From: Trichomonas gallinae
Taxonomy: Eukaryota
NCBI GenBank assembly: GCA_008369845.1
Contig: MRSU01010752.1
Location: 1 to 48,857, forward strand
Length of the DNA: 48,857 bases
Reading direction: 5' to 3'
How positions within the stretch are numbered: position 1 is the stretch's first letter; the number at the start of each line of letters is the position of its first letter. This document shows, one piece after another, positions 37,226 to 47,896 of this stretch. The position numbers and the translations under genes are program-made. The notes under the pieces are model-generated. The model saw only the letters and a list, made by a program, of their open reading frames with translations, made no database searches and was not told the DNA's origin.

Positions 37226-39512
37226 ACTGACCTTCTTATGCAAAAATTGAGATTTATATTGATATGAAGCCTATCGGGATTGAAAGGAAAATTACACACA
37301 AATCATTTTATAAGAAACATAAGAATTTTGATTTGGTTCGGTTATTTATACATGGAATGATGTATTGTGCCATATTCATGTATAATTTTTGAAATAAAAT
37401 TTTATTGAAAGGATAAAAAATCCTTGTCTGATCGTGATTCAAAATTTTTATTTGTTTTTGCGCAAACTGCTTTAGTTTTTGTTAATAATGATTATTTTAT
37501 CTGACCAAATTCGAAGAAAATTCAGAGTCATTGAAACTAATTGACATAACCTATTTTTCCAAACCTTCTAGCTGATGAAAAAATTGCCAATCATCTTATC
37601 ATACCATCATCATATTATTTAGCTATCATTTGCATGATATTTTTCAATATTTTTTCTAAATAATGGGCTTTTATTTCTACAGTTGATTGAAAATAGTCAA
37701 TACATTATCATATCATTAGAATGCGAGATATATGATTCAATTGACATATTTCTAAAAAATCTAAATTTCTAATTTGAGAAAAATAATCCAAGATATCATT
37801 TAAATAATAACATGTGAAATTGAATCTCAGTTCCATAACTCAGTGATAGAAGAATAATTTTGAAATTCAATACCGACAGAACTTAAATGGAAATACACAT
37901 TACATATGTAATTTATATCATCTTTTAAAAGAATCCAGGGATTTTTGTGTTTTTCAAATCGATGATATTTTGAAATTATGAAAATTTTATATAAATCAAA
38001 TAAAAAATCAAATCACAAACAAATTCCTATTTAGAGATTAATTGCAGCAAATAAAATATCAAAAATATTATTTTTCAAAATTGTCTAAAAAATGAAGGAG
38101 CCTACGTACAAACTTCTAATTTATGCATAATATAAAAGAACCGAGAAAAATATTAAATTGAATTTTTTAAAATTTTTAGAAAAAATACTATAGGATGATA
38201 CTTTTTATAATTATAGGATGTATAAATTTTGATTGATAGTTTGTTCTTAATTAATATGATAAAAAACATTTTTTCTACTTATCACGAAAGAAATCATAGT
38301 AACGATTGAACATGCATCATATATCGAGATTGTTGAAAGATGCTAAATGTTCAAATAATAATATCGGTTCAATAATATTTTATATTCGTATTTTAGTTGT
38401 ATGATTCGAGTTATTACATTGATATACTAAGTATTATACATGTAGATTGTTTTAAAATGTGATTTTTTTATTGTTTGATTTTATTGGATTGCTTTTGTGT
38501 GGTCATAGATAAAAATGGTATTTGTTACATCAAAATATCCAATTATCAGGGTAAAATACTGACTGTACAATCAGCAAATGGAGTTCAAACTAAATTCAAT
38601 TTGATTGGCTTATTTAATTCGATTTTGGAATTGTAATTTAAACTGAAGAGAAACTTTTCAATGGATTAACCAAAGTTATTTTGTATAACAGCTAAATTTT
38701 ATAGGATTCAGAAGAGGATAACAAAATAATCGGGATTTCAAATCTTATATATAATTCATAGCTCAAAGAGATACCAAAAATTTTAAAAATCAACAATGAA
38801 AAACACGTTTTTGTCATTTGAAAAGTAAAAATTTAAATCAAAAAGTAAAATGCAATAATTACTGCATTGTAATTATACAGCATATTTTATCAAAGTAAGA
38901 TCAGCATCTAAATGAGAACACTCTGAAAATGAATCTGTTCATCGGCGAATTATGTTTTCAAAATAAAATTGGTTGTCGTTTGAATATATAATATTAGAAA
39001 TGTTTTCTGACATATATAATATAAACAAAATTTTGAAATATGATAAGAAAAAAATAGAATATTCACATTGAAAAATTTGTTATTATTCAAAATTTAGCCA
39101 AAGGAAAATGAAGACTAAATCATGTAAATTATATCTAGATAGATCATAACCAATGAATGTTCTTATAGGTAATTTTTTTTTCAACAGGACATTTAAACCT
39201 TAGTCTCTTTATAAAACAATATAATACATGATATACAACAATTATTTAATGTTGATAATAATTTATCGGTAAAAAATGATAGTTTTGAAATGTTTGTTAA
39301 AAATAATGTCATTATATATATGATCTATAGTAATATTAAAAATTCCTATCGCGAAATTTAAAATTGAAATAAATCGTTTTTATACAAAAATTTTAAATTA
39401 ATATCTATACATTGTATGCATCAATATTTTTCAATAATAAAATTAATCTTCTCAATTTATTTGAATCATTTGTGAATTTTGTTGTTCTCAAAATTTTCCC
39501 AAACAGAATATC

Positions 39513-42500
39513 ATGGCTGAAGCATCTGTTTCGCGCTCAGCCACCAGTCAGAGTACAACATCACGCAATTCAGTTAAAGAGAATAACTTAAAGCTTGGAA
39601 AAATGGGTCCAATTGATAAAATCTTTCCACTTTATGACCAAATGATGCAGAAAACTAAGCTACCAAGCTGGCTCTTCACTTTAACCATTATATACCTCAT
39701 GACGGACCTGATATCAATCTCGCTTTGGATTTTTACTCCAATTTTCAGCAAAGTCACGGGAAAATGGAAGATTTTCTATGAATGGGTACTTAAAGTTGTA
39801 TCATTTCAAAATCCATTAGATTACACTCATACAGATCTAACTCTTCCAATAATGTTTATCTCAATAGCTGCATTCACAATGCTTTGGATATTTGCGATGA
39901 TACAAATTAACACGAAATTTTATCAAATTCCAGTAATATTGTTGTATATTAGCTCATTCTTAATTGATATTCTTACTCCATTGTTGATTGTCCCTTGCTC
40001 ATATAGTGTCAATCATGGAATTGTGTCAAGAAAGTACTTAAAATCAAATAATTTTATTATAGAGATCATTCTATCAACAATATCATTCCTGTTCTATTTG
40101 TTCCTATTCATAATTACAACATTTTTGAAATCGAGATCTGTTGTTTTAACAAACATTCTGTTTCCGTTGTTCGATCATACAAGTGTTTCACTCTGGATAT
40201 CATGTATGTCATCATTCAACATAATAACATCCATTTTCGAGTACTTTAATGATTGGATTTATTGCATTGGCGCAGCAATACATATTTGCATCCTAGGATA
40301 TATATTCTATCGCCTCATGTTTATTCCTTTCTATGATGTTTGGAGAAATGGCAACTCTTTTTCATACATTTTCGGTTCATTTGTGCTTGATATCAACTTT
40401 TACGTCCTTTATTTCACTGACAATCTCACATATAACTACACATTTTTCATTGGCTTGGGAGCAGTCTTTGCAGCATTCTTCTTTTCAACTATCATCTTCA
40501 ATAAGCAAATCGCAAGCATCAAAAATAAACTGACTTATAACGATGAAATAACAAATGTTCGTGATTATTTTGACGAGCTTGGAATAGGAAAGAATTCTCT
40601 TGTTGCAATGAAGTACATCGTCGTTGGACTTGTCACGAACAGCGACTATTTCATTGATGGATCATTAACAGACTATATACTCGAGAAGCCAGGAATGGAT
40701 CATGCAATTTCAATATTGTTGCAAATTGTAACTTTCTTCCCAGCTGAATCACGAAAGATGAATGTTCTCTACAAGCAGATAATCTCCAAGAGGAAGCCAG
40801 GCATCATTGACAGATTCCTTATATACCAAGTCTTTAGGATCAAATCCAGACGTTTGATGTCAGACACAAGAGAGACTCTCGAAACATATAACAAACTGAA
40901 ACTCAAAAACGAAGAATGCAAAAGCATCATCAACACATTTTGGTCGAATCCAAATCTTAGCACTCACTATCTCCCATCATTAAGAATTCTTCTGACAGAT
41001 GTCAATGATTACTTCAGAGCAACAATAGCATCGAATCCGAACAACTTGAGAATCAGAAACGAATACGCAAACTTTTTAGCTGAATGCAAATGTGATTTCA
41101 ACGAAGCTATCAAACAAAAAATCATTTCTGACTCAATAGCAGATGGAATCAACTTCAACACAGATGTAAGCTTTAGAAGTGTTGTCAACAAATTCCCTAA
41201 TTACCTCAAGCAGAAAATCTATGACTTCAAAGGCAACAGAATTTTAAAGCATCAAACAAATGGAGAAAAATCATCCAACAGCTCTCATTCATTGGGAAAC
41301 ACTTTATCTTCATCACTTTCTGTAGATGTTGAGCGTCAAGAGATGATCTGCAAGAAGATATTAAGAGATTCAAAAGTTCGTCTAGCTCTAAATAATTCAA
41401 TTACAAGCATGAGACCATTTGAAGGAAATCTAATCATTCTTCTCATGGTCATCAATTTAATTGTTATTTTAACTTTGTTCATCGGATGCTATATTTTCTT
41501 CCTAACAGAACTTTCATGGAGAAAGACAAGCCATTCTGATATAGGCAGTGCAGGATACACAATTTTCTATAACATGATGACTAATGTTTACACATTGGTT
41601 GTTTTCGCAGTTATGGCCGGCAGATTTGATGGTGATGAATCTGTTCTTGGCGATTTGTCAATGGATACGAAAATATTCCCGCCAGTAGTTCCAACGACAA
41701 TTTCATTCCCAGCTCAACTTTTGTATTGCATTGAAAAGAGCCGCTCGTATCTTAATACTTTGTTGAATAACATGGCAACAATTGGTTTAACTGATAATCC
41801 AGCTGAAATCGTTCCACACTTGCTGAAAACACAAGACTCATTTATTGTTTGTGCGGATGCTTCTCCTGACTTTAAGATCCCTGCATCATTGGCAAGTCAG
41901 TTCGTAACAATCGATTATCTTCAGAATGCAATCACAGGCGACATCAATGATGGAAAATATATTCCAAACATTTACAAGAATAATGATTTTTGTCAGATTG
42001 CTGCAAATTTACAGCCAATTGCTGAATCTGCTCAAGATACATTCATGACAATTTTGAACTACAATATAGATAAGGCAGACCCAAGCAAGAAAGACTTTTT
42101 GATTTGGATCATTGTAGGTTCAATATTGATTGTTTTGCTTGTCATTGTTCCAATGATGTGCACCATTGCAAGCGATCTTAAATTTGAACTCGGTTTGGTT
42201 AAAATATTGACAAACCTTCCTAAAGAAGTCAAAGATGACGCACAAAAGCCACTGATGTTAGAAGATGAAAACTCATCGTCGATAACAGCAAACAGTTCAC
42301 TTAAGATCACAAAGGTTACTCTTTTGGCACCAATATTATATGTTCTAGTTGCACTTGCCATCATTGCTGTTTATGTTGAGTTCTGTTACAATGGAATCAA
42401 CACAAATAATGACCTCTCAAACATTTTGACATGGTACACATATTCTGTGAAAAGAATTTCTCTTGCTGCACAAGTTGGAAGCAACGTTGTTCATCTCATT

Positions 42501-44216
42501 TTGCTTAATGGCTCATTAGAACAGAAAGTTTTGAATATCACTAAGACGCATGATTCAGCGAAGAAGGATCTTGACAAACTTTTGGAGTCAAACTCGATTC
42601 TCCTCTATGGAGGAAAAGGCGTTAAACCAAGCTTAGGCTTTGATGATGAGTTCGATACAATACAGATCAAAAGCCAATGCGAGCTTGAAGAGGATCCACA
42701 AACATCTCATGAAATGTATGCTTGCGGAAGTATCACAACGTTATTGCAAGCATTCAAAAACACAGTCAATGATGTTCTTCAGAATCCGGAGATGTTCAAT
42801 GGCAATTTCAAGAGCGCGGAGGCTGTGAATTTGATCCATTTGCTCAGATCCCATATTTATCCAAGTGTTGCAGCAGCATCAACAAGACTTGAGCAAATGA
42901 TGGAGCATTATTTCAATGCCGGCATGAGAAATGCATCAATTGATTTTGCTTGTGGAATGATTTTATTATTTGTAATCACAATTATTCCAATTTATATCAG
43001 ACATGCAATCCTTGAAGGCTATAAAGTCATCATGATGTTCGTTCAGCATCTTCCACCGCAAACGATTGCCAATAATCCTGAAATTTTAGATGCAATAACA
43101 AGAAAGAGAAAATCCGCTAAACATGAAAAAATGCCAATTTCAAAGTCAATCGTATATGATGCTAATGAGTGCATTATCATTACTAATGCATCAAACATCA
43201 TCGAAATTGTAAACAAGAGCGTCACTGAAAACATCGGTTTGACTCCTGATCAAATGCTTGGTCAAGAATTCGCTAATTTCGTCAGTGCTTCTGATCAAAC
43301 TAAAATCAAGCAGCAAATCGATCAGATGCTGAATGGACAAGCATCAACATTCTGGCAAGATCATATATCATTGATCGACGACAAGACTCAATCCATTCCA
43401 TTTGCAATAACAATGATCGGAATGAAAGATAATGAAAATTCATCGAGCATCAATTCAATTGTCTTCATTCTTACAAATGAAACAGAAGAAATCGAGAAGA
43501 GGAAAGAAGCAGAACAGGCAAAAGCTAAATCAGAGAAGCTTCTATATCAAATCCTTCCAAAAGATATTGTCGTCAGATTGAACAGAGGAGAAACAGATAT
43601 TTCATTCACAATTCCATCAGCAACAATTTTCTTCATTGATATTGTCAAGTTCTCAAACTATGCTGCATTGTTGACTCCAACTGAAATTATGTCTAATTTA
43701 TCATTAGTTTTTGCAACATTTGATGGAATTGTTGCCAAATATTCAACCATCACAAAAATCAAACTCATTGGTGATGTTTACATGGCAGCAGCTGGCTTAT
43801 TCATGGATGAAGGTGAAGAGCCAAGCAAGCATGCTGAAGAGGCAGTCAAATGCTGCATAGAATGCAGTAAGTCCCTTGAAGACATCAACATGAAGTTGAG
43901 TGCATCACTTGAAGTAAGAATCGGATGCAACAGCGGTGGACCACTTATAGGTGGCGTCTTGGGAACAGATAAACCAACATTCGATATCATTGGAGATCCA
44001 ATTAATGTTGCAGCAAGACTGCAATCTACTGATATACCTGGAAATGTACAAATATCAGGAGAAACCAAGGCTTTGATTGAAAACCTTGATTTCGTAATCG
44101 AAGAAAGAGGTCAGGTTTATTTGAAGGGCAAAGGTGATAGAACTACTTATTTCGTCAAATTACCACAAAAGAATCAGGAGAGTTCATTTATGATGAACTT
44201 GGATTCAACCCATTAA
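39513..44216 (+). CDS. Transmembrane adenylyl cyclase (trichomonad TMAC type) with PAS domain and one class III cyclase domain
   Basis: 1567 aa with multiple hydrophobic helices; PAS-like CIIITNASNIIEIVNKSVTENIGLTPDQMLGQ; SEKLLYQILP; FIDIVKFS, KIKLIGDVYM and FDIIGDPINVAARLQS. The Lys/Asp specificity pair indicates ATP. Confidence 0.94.
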   Translation: MAEASVSRSATSQSTTSRNSVKENNLKLGKMGPIDKIFPLYDQMMQKTKLPSWLFTLTIIYLMTDLISISLWIFTPIFSKVTGKWKIFYEWVLKVVSFQNPLDYTHTDLTLPIMFISIAAFTMLWIFAMIQINTKFYQIPVILLYISSFLIDILTPLLIVPCSYSVNHGIVSRKYLKSNNFIIEIILSTISFLFYLFLFIITTFLKSRSVVLTNILFPLFDHTSVSLWISCMSSFNIITSIFEYFNDWIYCIGAAIHICILGYIFYRLMFIPFYDVWRNGNSFSYIFGSFVLDINFYVLYFTDNLTYNYTFFIGLGAVFAAFFFSTIIFNKQIASIKNKLTYNDEITNVRDYFDELGIGKNSLVAMKYIVVGLVTNSDYFIDGSLTDYILEKPGMDHAISILLQIVTFFPAESRKMNVLYKQIISKRKPGIIDRFLIYQVFRIKSRRLMSDTRETLETYNKLKLKNEECKSIINTFWSNPNLSTHYLPSLRILLTDVNDYFRATIASNPNNLRIRNEYANFLAECKCDFNEAIKQKIISDSIADGINFNTDVSFRSVVNKFPNYLKQKIYDFKGNRILKHQTNGEKSSNSSHSLGNTLSSSLSVDVERQEMICKKILRDSKVRLALNNSITSMRPFEGNLIILLMVINLIVILTLFIGCYIFFLTELSWRKTSHSDIGSAGYTIFYNMMTNVYTLVVFAVMAGRFDGDESVLGDLSMDTKIFPPVVPTTISFPAQLLYCIEKSRSYLNTLLNNMATIGLTDNPAEIVPHLLKTQDSFIVCADASPDFKIPASLASQFVTIDYLQNAITGDINDGKYIPNIYKNNDFCQIAANLQPIAESAQDTFMTILNYNIDKADPSKKDFLIWIIVGSILIVLLVIVPMMCTIASDLKFELGLVKILTNLPKEVKDDAQKPLMLEDENSSSITANSSLKITKVTLLAPILYVLVALAIIAVYVEFCYNGINTNNDLSNILTWYTYSVKRISLAAQVGSNVVHLILLNGSLEQKVLNITKTHDSAKKDLDKLLESNSILLYGGKGVKPSLGFDDEFDTIQIKSQCELEEDPQTSHEMYACGSITTLLQAFKNTVNDVLQNPEMFNGNFKSAEAVNLIHLLRSHIYPSVAAASTRLEQMMEHYFNAGMRNASIDFACGMILLFVITIIPIYIRHAILEGYKVIMMFVQHLPPQTIANNPEILDAITRKRKSAKHEKMPISKSIVYDANECIIITNASNIIEIVNKSVTENIGLTPDQMLGQEFANFVSASDQTKIKQQIDQMLNGQASTFWQDHISLIDDKTQSIPFAITMIGMKDNENSSSINSIVFILTNETEEIEKRKEAEQAKAKSEKLLYQILPKDIVVRLNRGETDISFTIPSATIFFIDIVKFSNYAALLTPTEIMSNLSLVFATFDGIVAKYSTITKIKLIGDVYMAAAGLFMDEGEEPSKHAEEAVKCCIECSKSLEDINMKLSASLEVRIGCNSGGPLIGGVLGTDKPTFDIIGDPINVAARLQSTDIPGNVQISGETKALIENLDFVIEERGQVYLKGKGDRTTYFVKLPQKNQESSFMMNLDSTH

Positions 44217-44463
44217 TTAGAATTAATTTTGTTTTTTAAATCTTTATCATTGAATTATTATTTTGAATTTTTATATCAGTATTGTGACAAATGAGTTATC
44301 AGAATTTTTAAGGAAGTATAATGAAATGTTCAATGATTTTCATTCAGTTGTCAAATACTTTCTGACATTTTGACATGTAACCAAATTTTTGATGTGTAAA
44401 TCATATAAAAATAACCTTAATGGTTGGTTTTCCTCATAAAAAATAAAAATGGCAGGGCGATAA

Positions 44464-45343
44464 ATGATAAAAATCAGCCCAATTGTATTATTTAACACAT
44501 ACAGGAAGTATTGTTTCAGTTCAAATCCCAGCTGGTTATACCAAAATCCGAATTTGGGGCGCTCAAGGAGGATATATTAATAATACTAATTTTGGTAGAG
44601 GATCATATAGTGAAATAATATATAAAACTTCTAAAAATATCACGCTATATGCATATGTTGGAGCAAAAGGAACATGCTCTGTAAATCAAATAAATCCATC
44701 AATTTATGGAGGTGGATCAAATAAAATTGGCAATGAAGGCCTAAAATCATGCACAGGTGGAGAATCCACCTTTGTTTTATTATCAAATGATATAAACAAC
44801 ACTCTGATCGTCTCAGGAGCAGGTGGTGGAAGTGGGATGCATAAATCCGAATGGTCTGGAGGATATGGAGGCCCAGCAGCTGGAAATGGTAATGGACCAA
44901 CTAGATACTTTGGCCTTGGAGCTACTAACAATACTTTTGGGCAGGGAGGTTATTATCCTGGCAGTAGCTACTATCAAATTTGTTCCGCAGAAAATGGACA
45001 AAAGTTTAAAGGAGGCAATGCTTGCTCATCTGCCTTAGGTTCCTCTGGTGGTGGAGGGTCTGGATACTTTGGAGGTGGGGGAGGAGCTGATGTAGCTGGT
45101 GGGGGAGGTGGAAGTAGCTTTGCGCTTTCGAAATTCCCCAATATATTGTTGAATGGAAATCAAGAATTTCTTTCTCCGAACGGTACAATGGAAACCGGTC
45201 ATTTTGGCGATGGTGTTATTGTTTTTGAAAAATACTACATCAATGATGGTAAATGCATGACATTCTTCTGTAATGCTATGGCACTACAATATATGCGATC
45301 AATAATATTAATGGTTTTAGTTGATCTAAATATTAATTCATAA
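44464..45343 (+). pseudogene. Glycine-rich domain protein (ALK/LTK-like glycine-rich, 'PE-PGRS-like' family) with an apparent 5' frameshift
   Basis: IRIWGAQGG, LYAYVGAKG, GGESTFV, LIVSGAGGGSG, GGGGSGYFGGGGG, GGGGGSSF and GHFGDGVI. The long frame begins after TAA 44468 with no early ATG; ATG 44464 is one base out of frame. Confidence 0.65.
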
Positions 45344-45875
45344 AATTGTTTGTAATTTTGGAAAATGAAATAAATAAATGCTTCTAGGTGTTTTACTCAT
45401 ATTATATTTCATATATAATTAAATGATATAAATATTTTAAATCAAAATAGTTATCTTCATGATTTAGTTAATAAGTGAAAAAAACATATTGTTCAAAAAA
45501 TAAATACATAATGGAAATTATCTGATTATGAAAATAAATAAATATATATATAGATAAAAAATATTCATCAACAAGATGCCACCAACATTAGTTAAACGTC
45601 TTATATTAGAATATTATAGACTATGGTTTGAATAAAAAGACTATAGCAGATAAAAAATACGGTTCAAAAAATATCACCTATAATTGGTCAATTTTTGCAG
45701 TAAAAATTGATATGATTTACTCAAACTAGTATATTTTGCGGATAAAAATCTGCTTACAATATAAATTTATTAACCTTATTCATAATCTTTTGAATATTAA
45801 AATTTTGCATTTCCTGTGCATCTAGGAAGTCATTTTCAGATAAAATTATAGAATCTCCGATACATTTTTTCTGTA

Positions 45876-46565
45876 ATGTCTGAATACAGCGACGAAGACC
45901 CAAAAGAATTGCTCGCCGATGAGGACACGAGGCCGAGAGTTACGCCAGAGTCTATTATAACGAACCTGTTTCACGTTTTATTTGGAGAAAATAATTATGG
46001 ACAGTCGAAATACTGGGAAGATCGATATAAGGAAAAAGATGAACAGTACGAGTGGTTCCTATCATGGGGATCTATATATCCCTCGATAAAAAATCATCTA
46101 TCTCAACATGTTGAAAAATGCCTGAATTTAGGTTGCGGAAATTCACCGATGTGCGTTGATATGTTGAATTGTGGCATCTGCTCAGTCGTTAATATTGATA
46201 TTTCGCAGACAGTTATTAATCAAATGCGGAACCGATATAAAGATCACCGATTATCGTGGCATGCAATGGATTGCCGTAATCTCATGTTTTCCGAAAATGA
46301 GTTCGACATGGTTATTGACAAAGGAACGATTGATGCATTATATTGTATGGAAAATCCAGCCGATAACATACAAAAAACAGTCCAACAGATTGCTAATGTT
46401 CTTATACCTACTAAAAAGTACATTTGCATATCGTTCGGAACACCAGATCAAAGAAAAGAATTTATTGACATTGCAAAAAAGTATTTCACATTCACAGAAT
46501 CTATCTGTATCAAAAATGATGATTTTCCAAACAAAGTACATCACGCTTATATCTTTTGCAAGTAA
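45876..46565 (+). CDS. Class I SAM-dependent methyltransferase, METTL13 N-terminal/EEF1AKMT4-like
   Basis: YGQSKYWEDRY, YEWF, LNLGCGNS, NIDISQTVI, MDCRNL, FDMVIDKGTIDAL and YICISFG. Confidence 0.9.
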   Translation: MSEYSDEDPKELLADEDTRPRVTPESIITNLFHVLFGENNYGQSKYWEDRYKEKDEQYEWFLSWGSIYPSIKNHLSQHVEKCLNLGCGNSPMCVDMLNCGICSVVNIDISQTVINQMRNRYKDHRLSWHAMDCRNLMFSENEFDMVIDKGTIDALYCMENPADNIQKTVQQIANVLIPTKKYICISFGTPDQRKEFIDIAKKYFTFTESICIKNDDFPNKVHHAYIFCK

Positions 46566-46969
46566 TTTATTTTTTATTTTATTAATTTTTGTTGCTATTT
46601 TTAATTTTGTATCGAATAAATGCGTAAGAAAACTGTTTTATGTTATCATCTTTAGAACATTTGAATAAAGATTGATAACAAATAAAATATTTCAAAATTT
46701 ACACAAGTTCGCAATCATTACAATCATAGCAATCTAATAATTCTCAGAGAATAATACAAAATATATGCTTAAATATTAACGGACACGAAAATATTAATAT
46801 ATGAAATTTTATCAAAGAATATTGCGCTAATTCGTTAAAATAATATGTAGATTTTGACAGAATGTTGATATTTCAAATCCTTTTAAATGAAAAAGATATC
46901 ATTATTGAAGTTTGTCAAAATAAAAAAAATGAAGTATTAATGACGAGTCAAAAAATTATTTAAAGATAT

Positions 46970-47896
46970 TTAAAACCTTCTCTGGAACCTTCTTGGTTCT
47001 TTATGACGGAACTGACGTCCCTGGAAACGCTGGTGAGCCTGGAAGCGCTCCATTGGGCGGAAATGCTCGAATTCTCTCTGCTGGCGTCTCTCGCCTCTGA
47101 AATCACGTTCGCGGCGTTCTTCACCTTGCTCGCTTCTCTGCTTTCTCTCACCATCCTGCTGACGTTTCTGTGGTTGGCGCTGTTCACGGCGTTCTTCGCC
47201 ATGCTCGAACTTTCTCTGCTGGCGTCTCTGTGGCTGGCGATGCTTTTCCTCTTCGAATTTATCTTGTTCGCGTCTCTGCTTTCTATCACCACCCTTCTGT
47301 AGCTGGCGCTCTTCTTCTTCTTCTTCATCATCGATTTCTCTCTGTCTTCTTAATCCACCCTGCTTGAAATCTCTCTGCTGGCGCTTTTCACCCTTCTGAG
47401 AGAACTTCTGCTGGCGTCTGTCTGTCTGCTTCTTATCGGAAGATTCTGTCTGCTCGGCTTCCCCGTCAGAGTCTTCAGATTCTTCCTCCTGTTCCTGATG
47501 ATGCTGTTGTTTTCTATCCTTCTGCTGTCTTCTGTCGAACTTCTTTGTCTCTGTTGTTGTTTCAGCTTTTTCGCCATCGAATTCTGAAATTGCCTGCTTT
47601 ATTGCTTCGACGACTTCTTCGTTTGTAATTTCTTCTGTCTTCCCTGTTTCTTCGTCATGGAATCTTGGGTGTTCTTCGAATCTTCTGAAGCGTGAAACGA
47701 ACCTTGGCTGATCTTCATGTCTGCGGAGCTTGTGTTCAGAAGCATTCCTTGGTTCATATGGTGCAACTTCTGTTGAGTTGCATGTCTTGAATGGATGTGG
47801 ATGTGTTGAGTTTGTCTGATTGTCAAATGGGAAGGCAATCACTGGTCTATGATGCTTGCCCCTTGATTCTGCTACTGCAAATAAGATGGAGAACAT
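46970..47896 (-). CDS. Secreted low-complexity Arg/Gln/Glu-rich repeat protein
   Basis: Signal-like MFSILFAVAES; Inr-like TCATCACATCATAA upstream; repeated RRQQ[RK]xF units; biased codon usage; stop within TAAA. Confidence 0.8.
   Translation of the reverse strand: MFSILFAVAESRGKHHRPVIAFPFDNQTNSTHPHPFKTCNSTEVAPYEPRNASEHKLRRHEDQPRFVSRFRRFEEHPRFHDEETGKTEEITNEEVVEAIKQAISEFDGEKAETTTETKKFDRRQQKDRKQQHHQEQEEESEDSDGEAEQTESSDKKQTDRRQQKFSQKGEKRQQRDFKQGGLRRQREIDDEEEEEERQLQKGGDRKQRREQDKFEEEKHRQPQRRQQRKFEHGEERREQRQPQKRQQDGERKQRSEQGEERRERDFRGERRQQREFEHFRPMERFQAHQRFQGRQFRHKEPRRFQRRF
47071..47420 (-). repeat. Dispersed coding repeats (RRQQ unit)
   Basis: TCTGCTGGCG core on the + strand recurs near 47077, 47215, 47374 and 47407. 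Confidence 0.7.

Noticed and set aside
37230..39500. Long AT-rich gap as a possible transposon (Maverick, mariner or Mutator type)
   Set aside because: No terminal inverted repeats, target-site duplication or transposase-like ORF visible.
44485..44504. GTATTATTTAACACATACAG as a possible 20-nt intron
   Set aside because: It resembles trichomonad intron ends but lacks CTAAC, is shorter than known short introns, and its removal does not put ATG 44464 in frame.
46171..46668. 165-aa ORF overlapping the methyltransferase
   Set aside because: GTG start in an alternative frame of a well-supported gene.
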